Positions 25,766 to 38,863 of a stretch of 64,000 nt of DNA are shown here, one piece after another. The first letter of the stretch is position 1, and each line of letters begins with the position of its first letter. The stretch is from Camelus ferus (taxonomy: Eukaryota): assembly GCF_009834535.1 (NCBI RefSeq), contig NC_045697.1, positions 36,272,001-36,336,000 on the forward strand. Reading direction: 5' to 3'. The translations under genes were made by a program, and so were the position numbers. The notes below the pieces were generated by a model, which was not told where the DNA came from, did no database searches, and saw nothing but the letters and a program-made list of their open reading frames with translations.

Positions 25766-25866
25766 ATGTGTGTATGTGTGCATGTGTGTCTGTGTGCATG
25801 TGCGTGCACGCGTGCATGTGCGTGCACGCGTGCATGTGCGTGCACGCGTGCATGCGTGTGTTGTGT
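25766..25866. repeat. Alternating purine/pyrimidine tract containing three copies of GTGCATGTGCGTGCACGC
   Basis: Exact 18-bp units at 25794-25811, 25812-25829 and 25830-25847. Confidence 0.95.
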
Positions 25867-25899
25867 ATATATCCTTATCATAGACTACAAGTTCCTACA

Positions 25900-27065
25900 G
25901 GCTCTGTCTGGCCTCATCTTCCCTTGCCTGCTTTGCTCCAGCCACACAAATCTTCTAGATCTGCTTTGAAAACACATGGCACCTTTCACCTTTGCTTTTG
26001 CTATAACCTCTGCCTGCAAATGATCCATATAACTTACTGCTTTCTCTCTCTTCAGGTCTTTGCCCAAATGTCACCGTCTCAGTGAGGCCCTCTTGACCAT
26101 TCTATTTACGATTATAAACTCCACCACTAATATGTCCTATTCCATAGAATTTATCACCTTTTAACACACTATATAATTTACTTTTATTTTATTTTATTTT
26201 ATCGAAGTGTAGTTGCTTTCAATGTTTCAGGTGTACAGCAAAGTAATTCAGTTTTATATATATATGTGTATATATATATATAAATATATATAAATGTGTA
26301 TATGTATGTGTGTGTGTATATATACATTCTTTGTCAAATTCTTTTCCATTATAGGCTATTAAAAGATATTGAATATAGTTCCCTGTGCTATACAGTAGGT
26401 CCTTGTTGTTTAGCTATTTTACATATAGTAGTTTGTATCTGCTAATCACAAATTCCTAATTTATTCTTCTCCCCACCTTTTCCCTTTGGTAACTATAAGT
26501 TTGTTTTCTATGTCCTTGGTTCTGTTCCTGTTTGGTAAATAAGTTCATTTGTATCATTTTTTTAGATTCCACATATAAATGATATCATATGATATTTGTC
26601 TTTCTCTGTCTGAGTTATTTCACTTAGTATGATAATCTCTAGGTCTATCCATGTTGCTGCAAATGGCATAATTTCATTCTTTTTTATGGTTAATATTCCA
26701 TTGTGTGTGTGTGTGTGTGTGTGTTACATCTTCTTTGTCTGCTTATCTGTTAATGGACAGTTCCATGTCTTGACTGTTGTAAATAGTGCTACTGTGAACA
26801 TTGGGGTGCATGTATCTTTCTGAATTAGTTTTCGTCTTTTCCAGATATATGCCCAGGAGTGGGACTGCTGGATCATACGGTAACTCTATTTTCAGCTTTC
26901 TAAGGAATCTCCATACTGTTTTCCATAGTGGCTGCTTACTTATTTTCTTTATCATATCTCTCTCTACACTAGAAGATAAACTCCACAAAAAAAAGATTTC
27001 CATATCGTTCTTGTTCTCTGTTGAACCCCCAATGCTAAGGAAATAATCAATGCTGGATCAATGAA
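25900..27065 (-). mobile_element. L2 fragment split by an L1 insertion
   Basis: L2 motifs at 25900-26180 (AAATGTCACC...CAGTGAGGCC) resume at 26935-27065. Confidence 0.6.
26183..26932 (-). mobile_element. L1 3' end (artiodactyl/L1MA9-like), 5'-truncated, with internal (TA)/(TG) tracts
   Basis: ORF 26743..27003 (-) contains [30 protein letters not shown], the L1 ORF2 C-terminal motif. T-rich tail at 26183-26200. Confidence 0.92.
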
Positions 27066-28119
27066 TAGGGGATATAAAACAATAAAACTACAACGGGATT
27101 ATTAAATGCTCTGATTCAAATTAAGTTAAATATGAATATTTTTCAATCCAATAAACTATAGCAGGTTTTAGCTGTAAACTCTTTCAGAAGTTGAAACCAG
27201 AGAGTTGCTATAAATATTTTTAAAACCAGAATTGTTATAAAAAGTCCTTGGCATTGCAGAAGTTGATATATAAAATTATTTAAGAACCAAAATGTTATTG
27301 CAGAAAAACTATATTGAAAACCAAAAAGTATAAGGTTTGCATGTACTTTGCTTTAGATCTAGAACAATATTAAATATGAAAGTTAAGCAATATTAGCTAG
27401 CAGAAAAATCAAGTTTGAAATTATTTATAAATTATTTTTTCCTATAGACGTCAAATGTGACCATGGTTATTTGGCTTCTGAACAGAAATAGGTAATACAC
27501 TATCATAGAAAACAAAAGAGACAAACTTTATAACCCCAAAAAGGTTTCCTAATTAGAAAGAGGTTTCCTAAATGCCACAAGGTCCCACATCCACAGTCTG
27601 TAACCTTCGCTGTCCCAAGAGTACCCCTCTTCTGGTCTCCCTTCCAGTTGAGACCACCCCTGATGCACAGAAAGATCAGCTCAGCCCCTGCGGTGGCCTC
27701 AGCCCTGGCTGCCCCTAAGTGCCTAAACAGAGGAGGCAGTAATGTTTCTGCCAGGGGTCCCACATTGCAGGCCCTGGGAATCAAATGTTTTGTTTAACAA
27801 GAAGGGTATTTGAAAATGAGGAAACTTTGCATAAAATTTTCAAACTTCCAACTTTTCTTAAAAATCTGCAAGTTCAAGCAACACCGAGGCTCATCTGCTG
27901 AATAAAAAGAGAATCTAAAGCATTTCTGTCCCCTTGAGACTGGGTATCTGCCCTGAGGGTCACTACTGTCCCCGCAGCTCCCTGATGTCTCCCACCTTGT
28001 TTCCACCACCTGCCTGGACCCGGATGAATCTGAAAACCCTGCTCTCCATGGCCCAACACACTCCCTTACTGTTTTTAAGCATAAACTCTAGATTTAAACC
28101 CTGCTGCAGAGTACCGTGA

Positions 28120-28300
28120 AGCCACGGTCAGAGCACTGAAATGTTCTTCAACCACTACCTGTGTGACTGTGTGCAAATCACTCACCCTCTCTCAAGCTCA
28201 TCTACGAAACAGGGATGATGAGTCCTCCCTGCTTTCCTCACAGGGTTGTTGTGAGGACTAATGGGATAAGGGATGTAAAAGTGCTCTACAGAGAAGTGGT
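28120..28300 (+). mobile_element. MIR SINE
   Basis: CCTGTGTGACTGTGTGCAAATCACT...CACAGGGTTGTTGTGAGGA...TGTAAAAGTGCT. Confidence 0.7.
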
Positions 28301-30544
28301 ATCACCATAGAGCAAATGTTAATCTTTGCACAGAATGGCACATTTAAAAAATACTATAAAGCAACACTGTCTTATATGAATTTTTGAGGTTGTCACTGAA
28401 AGCTTGATTTTCAATTCATGGTTAATAGCACAACAGAAATTAGTAAGTCTAAGACTACATACTCAGAAAGTGCAAGTATATATATACAATCTCCTTAAAA
28501 AAAAACAAACTTAGAAGCATAAATAACATCTAACTTGTCAGATTGCTAAATTGGGAAATGACTGAATTTCCTGAGAACTAAAGATAAGCTTAAGGTCAAA
28601 TCAGTTCAGCCAAAAAAGGTTTTCAGGAACAATATATATGACAAAAAAAAAAATCTATCTAGGAATGACGATGTAAGAAATGAGCAAAAATAGTCTGCAG
28701 TGGAAACTAAGACAAATGCTGATGTTAAAAAGCATGTAATGAGCTGGGATTATCAACCAGCTCCAAAGAGAACATAACAGGATTTCATAAGTGGTTAACC
28801 AGCTTTAAGATTCCAGACAGTCAAGGTTGCTGTGATTATCTGTTACAGAGAAACAGATCTACAGAGCACAAGTATATTCCAGTAGTGGTAACGAAAAAGC
28901 AGAGATAATCGAGGAAAGTCCTTGAGGCATCATGTCACTACATCCATCACTTAAATCTATGGACCTCAGTAATTTGGGATTGGAAATTAATCAAATGGTC
29001 CACAGGTCATTGGTCAGGTTTATTTAGTCATCAAAAAAGCTGTCCTAATTAACCAGATTATGAAAAATGTCTTTTCTGGAACCCTTCACCTTACCAACAA
29101 AGGAAACTTTTGAGACTAAACAAAACCAAGAGTAGTTACTAATATGCTGCATTCTACCAAATTTTTCAGATCCCTGCTTACGGGGGAAAAGGAAAGTGCA
29201 ATGAGCTATATGAAGGGATTTTTTTTCTCTCTTTTTTTTTTTAAAAAGCAGAAGCTTGAGTATTCTTTTGTTTTTATCACAGTTCTTTTTTCAAAAATAA
29301 AAAAAAGCATTCTTATCAAAGTAAAACATGAACATGATTGCTAAGATTTGATTCAAATGGTTCAGAGGGGGTTGGAATGGACAGCAACAGCCTCCTGCTC
29401 ACCACTTCCCATGCCCATTCCTACTTCTCAAAGGAAACCACTTTTGGTTGATCTGGGGGTTTGGTGTCTCTGGATATCACCATCAAGTCATTACATAATG
29501 TGTTATATTTATACCACTTCTTTTTATAAATCACTCTTTTCCTACCATGATAGACTAGAATTTAGCTCACTTGCATCCCTACCCCATCACCCCCACATAG
29601 AACCAGCCACTTACAGAGATCATCCATTTATATCACAACTCTGGTTTCTCTACTGATTTTAAATGCCCTAAATACAATAGTTCTACCTTTGTTTCTTCGT
29701 CCACCCACTCTAAACTGTACATCTTATTTCACAGGTCAACATGTTAGAGAGAGTAGAGTTTTCTCCCCTTTCTCCTTTCACCACTGCTACCACTCTGTTA
29801 GTTTATACCTTTGGGATTTACTGTTTTAGGGGGCAGGAGGAGGTCAATACTTACTCCAATTATGTAAAGTAAAGAAGAAATTCACTCTTATCTATCACAA
29901 CCTCATTAGAGCCTAAAAGTACATGTTATTGCTGGTAGTGTATTTGTGCCTTACTTTGGAAGACTGATTGCTATTCATTATGAAAATCCATTTTAATAAC
30001 ATATACATTCTGTTCTTCATGTCACAGGTGAAATATAAGTCAAATTTCTCAAAGAACACAATTTTCCTGAACCAAGGAAGTCGTCGTAAGTGATTAATAA
30101 TTCTACTGCCTTCAAGTTTAGGTCAACTTATCTCTGAAACCAGAAGCCTTCCACAGTAAAATTCTAACTCTCACTGGAAGATGTTAGAGATTTAGGATAA
30201 CTTAATTGTTTGGAAGGACAGATCACAGACTAGCTGCAGATTAACAAGACTCATGCTTTATCTTAGGCCTTCTGTACAGAGTATCAGAGTTCTTTTCATC
30301 ACTACCTGACAACCTCTGGCATAAATCAGCCTGTATCCCTTCCCTTCTGCCTCCATCCCAGTTCACAACACAATACAAAACAGTTCATTATCATGCTCAG
30401 GGCCACTCATCTGAGGACCATGGCTATTGGTCTGATACAGGTGCTGATAAAAAGTTGAACAGGATTAGACGTTATCAATGAGATATGGAAACTCCAAGTA
30501 TCTGTAGAAACAGGAAAAATCAACATGTATCATGTATTAGGTAA

Positions 30545-30745
30545 GCAAGCTAAGAGCATGACTCTTGAGTCAGAATTCCTGGTGTCAATGACCAGCTCTA
30601 TCACCACCAGTGGTGTGACCCAATCTTCTTTACCCTGGCTTCCCCACTTAAGAAACTGAGTTGTGGCAAAGATGAAAAATAATGATGTATGTAAAGCATT
30701 TAGCATGGTACATGGCATATAATAAGAGCTTAACAAATAGGACTC
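30545..30745 (+). mobile_element. MIR SINE
   Basis: GAGTCAGA...TGTAAAGCATTTAGCATGGTACATGGCATATAATAAGAGCT. Confidence 0.7.
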
Positions 30746-31679
30746 ACTAAAATGATTATTATTATCACTATTATTATGTTATTGGCCAAAGAGCCTTGAC
30801 TGTAACTTTTTTTTTTTTTAACATTAAACCTAATTACGTCTTCCACTTGCACACCTGGAAGTCAAATGACTGTCCTTCCTTTTTAGAAGTCTGCCTTTAC
30901 CTCTAATTGCAGGCACAGCTAATAGGCCTGGTGGGCAAACAGCCCAAGCTGCCTCTTCTGGACTAAGCTCTTGAGATATTAACCCCCACACTCCAGTAGG
31001 TCCTGGTTTCATGTTATGTTCTCCAAATGCTTTCACCATGTCACTTCTTAGAGTTAGCCCTGATAAAATTTTAGATTTCTAGGTTTTAAGGTTTGGGGTT
31101 TAAGGTTTTAAGATTTTTAAGGTTTAAGCATATCCTTACATTTGGAACCAGCTAACAATGCTAAAAAGAGATGTGCTATCTTCTAGATAAAATGAAGAAA
31201 TCCTAAGAAAAACTGATTCAGGACTACCTGGATTGTGGCTAAAGTCCATCCAACAGCAGCTAATGTTAAAAAGCCTTAAAAAAAAAAAAAAGAATTTGGT
31301 TTTAGTGCCCTGGTAGACAGTATTTGGGGCAAAGGAAAGTACATTTCTATGGAAGTTTTCAAAATATTAAAAATGAGACAAAAACAAATGAGAGGAACAC
31401 AGACATTTTTAGCTCATGGACCTAAAATCACCATATGTGAACTATCAAATAAATAGCAACTCTAATCTCACATGGTAATCTTTCCTCTCAGCCTTTCTCA
31501 TTTTATTGGACCAAATATTTCAACCCTCATCTGTGTTCTATTACAACCCCAAAGACAATATGATGTCTAGGATAGTGTTTGTATATAAAAATCATTTTAA
31601 ATTAAGAGGTGATATAAACTGACATCCAGATTCCCCTTACCCCAAGTCTTCATATAATTACACTGTCTTTTTAAAAAAA

Positions 31680-32240
31680 TCCTGAAACGACAATTTTCTC
31701 TTTCGGCGCAGAGGATTTTGGCTCCACTTTTGATGCCAACATAGTCTCATCACAAAAATAAATTAAAAGTAGGTGGTCTGCTTAGTTTTCACAATGCTAC
31801 ATTTTAATCAGGCGAAGCAGTGAAAAAGATGATTGTCGAACTGCTGGCATATCTTCAAACAACAGTGCAAGCTGTCCATTTTACTTACAATGAAAAAGCT
31901 CTTCAAGAGATTTCGATAAAGGTTTCCCTCCTACTTGCAGTCCACATTTGTAATGTTTATATAAGTGGGGGATATAAATCTTTCTCCAATGAACCCCACG
32001 GTTTTTAAAGCAGACTTCTTGTTATAAACTGCCTGTTTCCGTTTTGCCTGCCTAAGCAAGCCAGGCGAAGCCCATTCGCGAGAGACTGGAACTAATTTAA
32101 TGTGCTCCAGGTTTAAACCCCCAGTCTCTGCGCCTTTACAGGGAGATTTTACGCAGTGGATTACTGCTGACTGTAACAATGATTCATACGTTAAGTGGCT
32201 TTTGATTTGTTTTTTAATGTCAGAAAATACGCACTGGCAA
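31680..32240 (-). promoter_or_regulatory. Candidate alternative promoter/non-coding first exon (exon 3' end at 31889)
   Basis: About 15 CpGs in about 550 bp inside a roughly 3.8-kb block with no recognisable transposon. Minus-strand donor ATT|gtaagt at 31889/31888. ETS-like CGGAAAC and TATA-like TTTATAA on the minus strand around 32022-32041. Confidence 0.5.
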
Positions 32241-33665
32241 AAAATGTCATCAGAATCATTTTGTTAAAGCAGTACCCATAAAAAAGGAAAAAATGTTCAA
32301 TTCTTCACAAAACAAAACAAAAAAAGGCAGCCTAAATCGTATTCATGCCAAAGGCTCCTTCATATGAATTTGTAGCTTTGCTCAATGTAAAAGAACACAA
32401 AGTTGTTTACAGACAGTTAAATTTAAGACTGGATGAACTCCAAGATATGATTGGTTGAACTGATATACTTTACCCCAAGACTCATTCCTGCTATTAAAAA
32501 TACCAAAGCCACACTGAAGATAGACAAAAGCATCATTCTTTTTGCAGCCTCAAAGATACTTTGTGTGCTTTTTTTTTTTTAAAGATGCAAAATTCCTTGA
32601 AACCAACACTAATTAAAACAAAAACACATTCACAAAATCCCTAGTAAAATCCATCATCTCAAAGTATGTCAGGGGAGGAAAGTTTCCTCTGTTTAACTCA
32701 AAGGAACAGAGCAGCAAAGACATTAATTCAAAAGAAAACAAACTGAGGAACAAAAGTATATATTGTACAATTATTCTAGATTTCTGCATTTAAGGGGCCT
32801 GAACCATTCATCAGAATTTGCTTTTAAAATGCCAAATGTAATAAGATATACGTGCCCCAGTCATTTGTTAGTTTCTTTAGTTTCTCTTATTTTTTCTTGA
32901 TGTTCCTTTGAAAGGGCCCAGGAAAGTCTTACAGCAGGGGGCAGTATTGTAACATCATGCTCACACTTGAAACACTAGGCCTGACCAAGGAAGGAAAAAG
33001 AACCATTATTCTTCAGTAAGATTTAACCATGTTAGGCATAATTATCCTAATTTATTACAAAATTTTAGTTTTGTTCCCCTGATGTTCAACTTACTTTTCA
33101 CCACCTACCTACAATATTAAGATGTCTTAAATAATACAAAAAGCAAATGCTTTTTATGAAAAAAGCCCACCCAAATATCTGAGACATGCTGATTGCTACT
33201 TAGCAGTGGAAGAACTATTTACTCAATGTCATATTTCAAAAGCATGAAGACTTCTTCAATTGCAAAATCCAGATGTTCTTTATTGTAAATATAATATCAC
33301 ATTGGGAGATGGTTAAAAAAATAAAAAAAGAATGACTATTTCATCTTGGTCTAAAGTGAAATGCAGAACTGATTTATAAACACAAGTCAATGTGACCCAT
33401 GCTAATTGATGTTAATTTCAAAAATATGGGGTAAGAAAATATTTACAAGTACAAGAATGTATTAGTATTTTCCAGAAATAAACTCTTTCTTTGCATTTGC
33501 CTAGGATGGCTCTTGGCTGGCCTGTTAGGAAATACGGAAACTGAAACTGTTTGTACTGAATGCTTGGCTTCCACTGACTTACTATGCTTTGGGAGTTAGT
33601 AGAGGAAAAAAGCAAATTTTTCACCAGGTCCCAAGAATGAAATCTATAGATACATAATGTTTTGG

Positions 33666-33692
33666 TTTTTTTTTTTTTTTTTTTTTTTTTTT
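33666..33692. repeat. Poly(T)27 tract
   Basis: Directly visible. Confidence 0.95.
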
Positions 33693-34936
33693 ACTGTACA
33701 TAATAGTAATCCATATGGCCTTCTCTAAATTCTGTAAATTTGAGTGATTGGAACTTTTATTTAATACTCAAAAGCTTTAAGGTCACTAAATAGTAACTAA
33801 TTATTTGACCTTAAAAGAATCAAGCCTTAAACAGTCTTAATAAATATTTATGCTTATCTCTCTCTGTCTTTAATTTCAACTCAAAGGTTTGTTTGCTTGC
33901 TGTTTTAAGAGAGCAAGGTATTATAGATTCAAACAAGGATTTTTATCTCCCAATATAATAATTCTACTAAATATCCAATATTAAAACTATTCCTTTATAG
34001 ATATATTAGTTAATATTTTTAAATGTACAAAAAGAGATCCTAAAATATATATAGATCTCTTTGAGACACTTAAGCAGCCGGCAAGAATTTACGCAATTAT
34101 GTTTAAATGCTATAAAATTTAAATTTCAGAGCTTCAAGTTATGTTATAGTTTATTTCTTACTTTTTCTCTACTTCCCCACTTCTGCTGTTCGGGAGTTAG
34201 AGCTTTTTTAATTTGGAGGTGGGGAGTGTGTGTGTGTGTGTGTGTGAGTAATCTTACAAGACTCTACTTTGTATGCTTCTTGGAGAATGTGGTCTGCCCC
34301 CATGCCTTTCATCAAGGTCTTCTCAAATGTGATAGTTTCCTTTTTCAAGGCTTAACTGAAGACTGGGTCTATAATTACCACCAAACTTCCCTCAAATTGA
34401 GCTAAACAGTGTACATTTCTGTTGCCAGTTGGGACATAATTCTTCATAATTATTGTACAAAAGAGCCTGTGACATTTGCAACAAAGTAATTGGCTAATGG
34501 AAGAGCACCAGGTATGTATTTCCTTGAAACATCTGTTGAAACTCTGGGTCATTTGAAGAGTATGTAAAATTGTCCCATCTTCTAATTAGTTTCTCACTAG
34601 CCAAAATGTCATTGTCAAAGTTGTTTTAAGTAGTATGCCAAGTAGGGGCCAAGGTTCTTCTGCAGCAAGGTTGATGCAACCGCTCACTTCTCCAAAGGCA
34701 AGCATTATTTCATCTCCAAACGCTGGCATTTGGGACAGAGAAGGGGACAGCATTTTCCTTCTAATAACAACATATTTTCCGTATTACTTAAGACATTTCT
34801 CTTTTACTTATAGTCAAAAAGCATCTTGACAAAGCACATTAATGTCTACTTATTTTCTTGTTTTCTTCTTTCTTTATAAACCTGAAGAATGAGTGAGGAG
34901 CCCACCTCCAAAAACAGCAGGGTATGAGCTTTGGGT

Positions 34937-35092
34937 TGTGTCATATAACAAGAAATATATTTGGTTTAAAAATTGGGAATCACTGTGTTGTACACCTGAA
35001 CCTGTACTGTACATCAACTATAAACCTCAATAATAATAAATAAAGCAATACTTAGTATCTTAAAAAATAAATTAAATGATGCCCATAATGTG

Positions 35093-35153
<61 letters not shown>

Positions 35154-35888
35154 CATAGGTATCTGGTCTTTGTCTCAGGTTCCTGGCACAGAGGTCCTAA
35201 AATCCTTGCAACTTCCTGAGTGACAAGAGTATCTTTTGCTATTCATAACAAGCCTCTTTTGATGATCACACCTGAGTTTATACTAATGAGGTGACTTAGG
35301 ACAGGGTCCCTAGATAGCCTCAGGATGGGACTGGTCACTGGAAAGACCAAATAATTACAGGTTAGAATTTTCTGCCCCACCCACAGTCCCACAGGGAGGG
35401 GGCTAGAGATTGAGGTCCACAAAAACTCTAGAACAAAGATGTTGGATGGGCTTTTGGATTAGTGAACACATTAATTAACCTTCTGGGAGGGTGGTGCACT
35501 AAAGAAGGCATGGAAGTCCATATCCCTTCCATCCCTCATACTCTGCCCTATTCATCTCTCCCACTTGGCTGTTCCTGAGTTGTTTCCTGGTATAACTGCA
35601 AAAATAGTGTTTTTCTCAGTTCTCTAAGCCATTTTAGCAAGTTACTGATACTGAGAAGGGGATTGTGAGAATCTCTGATTTATAGCTAGTCGGTCAGAGG
35701 TATGACTGGCCCAGAACTTAAAACTGGCATCCAAAGTAGGTGGGAGGAGTCTTGTTGCACTGAGCCCCTTTAACTTGAGGGATCTGATGCTAATTCCAGG
35801 GAGATAGTGTCAGAACTGAACTGAGTTATTGACACCTGATTGGTGTGTGGAGAATTGGAGAATTAGTTGGTGTGAGAAAATATCCTCA
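34937..35888 (+). mobile_element. MER21-like solo LTR with an internal insertion (34966-35159)
   Basis: Colinear with the LTR at 61991-62860 (GTTCCTGGCACAGAG, GAAAGACCA, TGGCTGTTC, CTGAGCCC). TG...CA ends. Confidence 0.75.
35093..35153. repeat. (AGAT)15 tetranucleotide microsatellite
   Basis: Perfect array, directly visible. Confidence 0.97.
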
Positions 35889-35944
35889 GTTATATTTCCA
35901 CAGTATGAGTGGGTTGAAACCAGGCTGTCTCCCATATGACCAAT

Positions 35945-36288
35945 GGCAGCTTAGGTTGCCATACAAAATACCATAGACTGGATAGCTTAGTGAAGGATGG
36001 AAGTCTAAAAGATCAGAGGGCCAGCATGGTTGGGTTTTGGTGAAGCCCCTCTTTCTGGCTTGCAGACACAGCCTTATCACTGTGTCTTCACGTGGCAGAG
36101 AGAAGGAGAGCAAACTCTCTGATGTCTCTTCCTATAAGGCACTAATTCCATCCTGAGGGCCCCACCCTCACGACCTCATCTAAACCTAATTATCTTGCAA
36201 AGGCCCCATCTCCAAATATCCTCACACTGGGGGTTAGGGGGCTTCAACATATGAATTTTGAGGAGGGACACAATTCAGTCCATTGCAC
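35945..36288 (-). mobile_element. MaLR solo LTR (MLT1A-like)
   Basis: AAAATACCATAGACTGG...GGCACTAATTCCAT...CTTCAACATATGAATTTTG...CACAATTCAGTCCAT. Confidence 0.85.
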
Positions 36289-37259
36289 CAAGATTGTTGG
36301 CTAAAATCAGGAGTAAAGCTTGTAGTCATGTAACAATTTCTTTCTGTGGGCAGGTGACTGTTCTTCACTTGAACCCTTTAAACTAGGATACACAAAACTG
36401 AGTCAACCCTAGAGTCATTGTAATAGAGGTTCATCTAAATTTTTATCTAGCAATTTCTGATTCTCTTCCCACTCTTCTACCTACAAACTCACCTTCAACA
36501 AAAAACTCACCATAGGATGTAAGAAGTATTATGAATGTGAATCTCTGAAAACTTTGAACTACTAAAGTGTATTACAAATGAAAAAGTTACTACAGTATCC
36601 TGATATAGTCAGATTTGAAAGCAAACGTAAGCACAGCCTCTGTGACAAATAACAGTTTCTTTCCTCCACTTAAGGTGAAAACAATAATTTGTTTCTGGAA
36701 AGAAGATTGAGGTCCCCAGTTTGGAAAATCAGGAGATAGGATAAGCACTCTGCTAATAACTGAAAGAAGTTTCACTCCATGAAATAGAGAGTCTTTGGAG
36801 GCAGCAAAATGTGTTCACATCAAATCCTGACTGTGTATTTACTACTGAATGATAAATGTAGATAAAAGTATATTCTGTTTTAAGGGCGTAAGTTTAATCT
36901 ATAGTGATCTGCATATCTTCTAATAGACTCAGTCTCAAAACAAACACACACACACATACTCTCTCAATGAATTCACCTCAGTTATTCATCTCTGTATACA
37001 TTTAAATTTTCTCTGATAATTCATCAGAGATATATAAATCTAGTCTCAAAATTGAAAGCTTTAAATTTTAATAGAGTGTGAGTATTTGCTTGAAAATATA
37101 GCTGCTGTTGTCATTTATAAACAACAGAAGCACAGACCTTTAAAAGAGAAAGTATAGTCAAATATTACCTTTAGTTTGCATTTAAGTCTAGTGAGATCAA
37201 GGAGTGTAGCTGACGATTTGTAAGTAAGATTACAACTTTTAGAAAGATCAAAGTAATTT

Positions 37260-38818
37260 AGGGTTAAGATGGCATATTAAACATATATATCTAAATATGC
37301 TGCCTCCAGAACCCTATTAAAATTACCCAAGAAAGAATAACCAAAAAAAAAAGGGTTTGTTTTTAATAAATAAACCCACAAATACAAAGAAAACTAGAGA
37401 GGAAATAACAGCAACAAAATTTTGGACGATTGAAGTCAATGCTCAAGTGTTAATGGACTTAGGAGAACCAAGAAAGCTAGACCCTAACTGGCAGAGAAGC
37501 TGAGAAGCAAATTCATTTATACTACAGCATCCACAAAGGCTCTGCAAACAGCAGCAAGGTCTCCTCCGGAGCTGGGAGGGAACTGGAGTACATTAATAAT
37601 GAGGGGGATGAAAGTGTTCAAGAAGTAGTTGGGTCCCTAAGTCCCCTCCAACACTCCACATCACTTGGCAACTGCCTATTCCCTTACCCTGGCAGCAGGC
37701 AGCAGGTTTACTCTCTGGAGAGAGTAAAACAGAGGGTTTTGGTCTAGGGGTTGGATGGCAAAGACTTGGGAATTAATTGATTATACACCAATAGCTGGAT
37801 GCTGACACTACCCACCTGCTATGGTCCAAATGCTTGTGTCCCCCCAAAATTCATATACTGACATCCTAACCTCCAAATATGATGGTATTAGGAGGTGGGA
37901 CCTCTGGGAGGTGCTTAAGTCATGAGGGTGTAGCCCTCATGAGTGGGATTAGTGCTGCAAAGAGGTCCCTAGTCCCTTCCACCATGTGAGGACACAGCGA
38001 GAAGATGCTGCTTATGAGTCAGGAAGATAGCCCTCACCAGAAGTTAGCCATGCTGGCACTCTGATCTTAGGCTTCCTCAGCCTCCAAAACCGTGAAAAAT
38101 AAATTTGTATTGTTTCTAAGCCACCCAACCTGTGGTGTTTTAGCTAAGGCAATCTGAATGGACTAAGACACCACCCTTTCTTCTATGTGGCTCTCAGAAG
38201 ATATATCCAGACCTTTTCCAATCCATGTGAGAAACTGGAAGGGTACCATTCCAGGGAATACTTCTAGCTCAAGGGAAAAGACCTAATACTGATTGTGACG
38301 GTTTACTAATAAACAATTCACCTGATTGCCTATAGTAAACCTCAAATTTGTAAGCCTACCATAGGTTCAGCATGTCCAATCAGCTTTTTAGATATCTAGT
38401 CTTAGTCCTTACTACCAGGAATTATCCAACATCAGAGAAAAGCTAATGTAGAAGATGGAGGGAACAACTTAGGAGAAAAAAGGCAACATGGAAAAGCCTT
38501 GCAAGGAGAAGATATTGTACCCACTAAACAGGAACAAAATGATATTTAAAAAAATAATTATAATATACAGAGTACACACATGCACACATACAAACATGCT
38601 CACAAAGAACTCTTGAAATTAAAAATATGATGGCAAAAATTAAAAACTCAATAAAAAGCTTGGAAGATAAAATTGAGGATATCTCCCAGAAAGAGCAAAA
38701 ATGGAAACAAACAAAAGAAATAGAAAACAGGAAGAAAAAAAAAGATTCAAAAATTAGAAGACCAATTACGGAGGGCCTACATCCAAACAATAGGAATTCC
38801 AGAAAGGGAATTACCAAA

Positions 38819-38863
<45 letters not shown>

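Noticed and set aside
25794..25847. CRISPR-like or repeat-spacer array (also checked 7085-7154 and 61022-61069)
   Set aside because: Directly tandem units with no unique spacers, no cas genes and a mammalian context.
25751..26085. Cys-rich repeat peptides (ACACTR)n and (CVHACM)n
   Set aside because: Translation artefacts of the alternating R/Y minisatellite.
26743..27003. ORF containing [22 protein letters not shown]
   Set aside because: C-terminal fragment of L1 ORF2 in a 5'-truncated copy; not a gene.
27680..27705. CTCF-like motif GGCCACCGCAGGGGCTG (minus strand)
   Set aside because: Spacing departs from the CCASYAGRKGGC core; too weak.
31071..31128. Degenerate AAGGTTTT-type repeat resembling telomeric sequence
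   Set aside because: No TTAGGG array; ordinary low-complexity sequence.
33583..33643. Possible minus-strand exon ending ATA|gtaagt
   Set aside because: The acceptor has almost no pyrimidine tract and is preceded by poly(A) on the minus strand.
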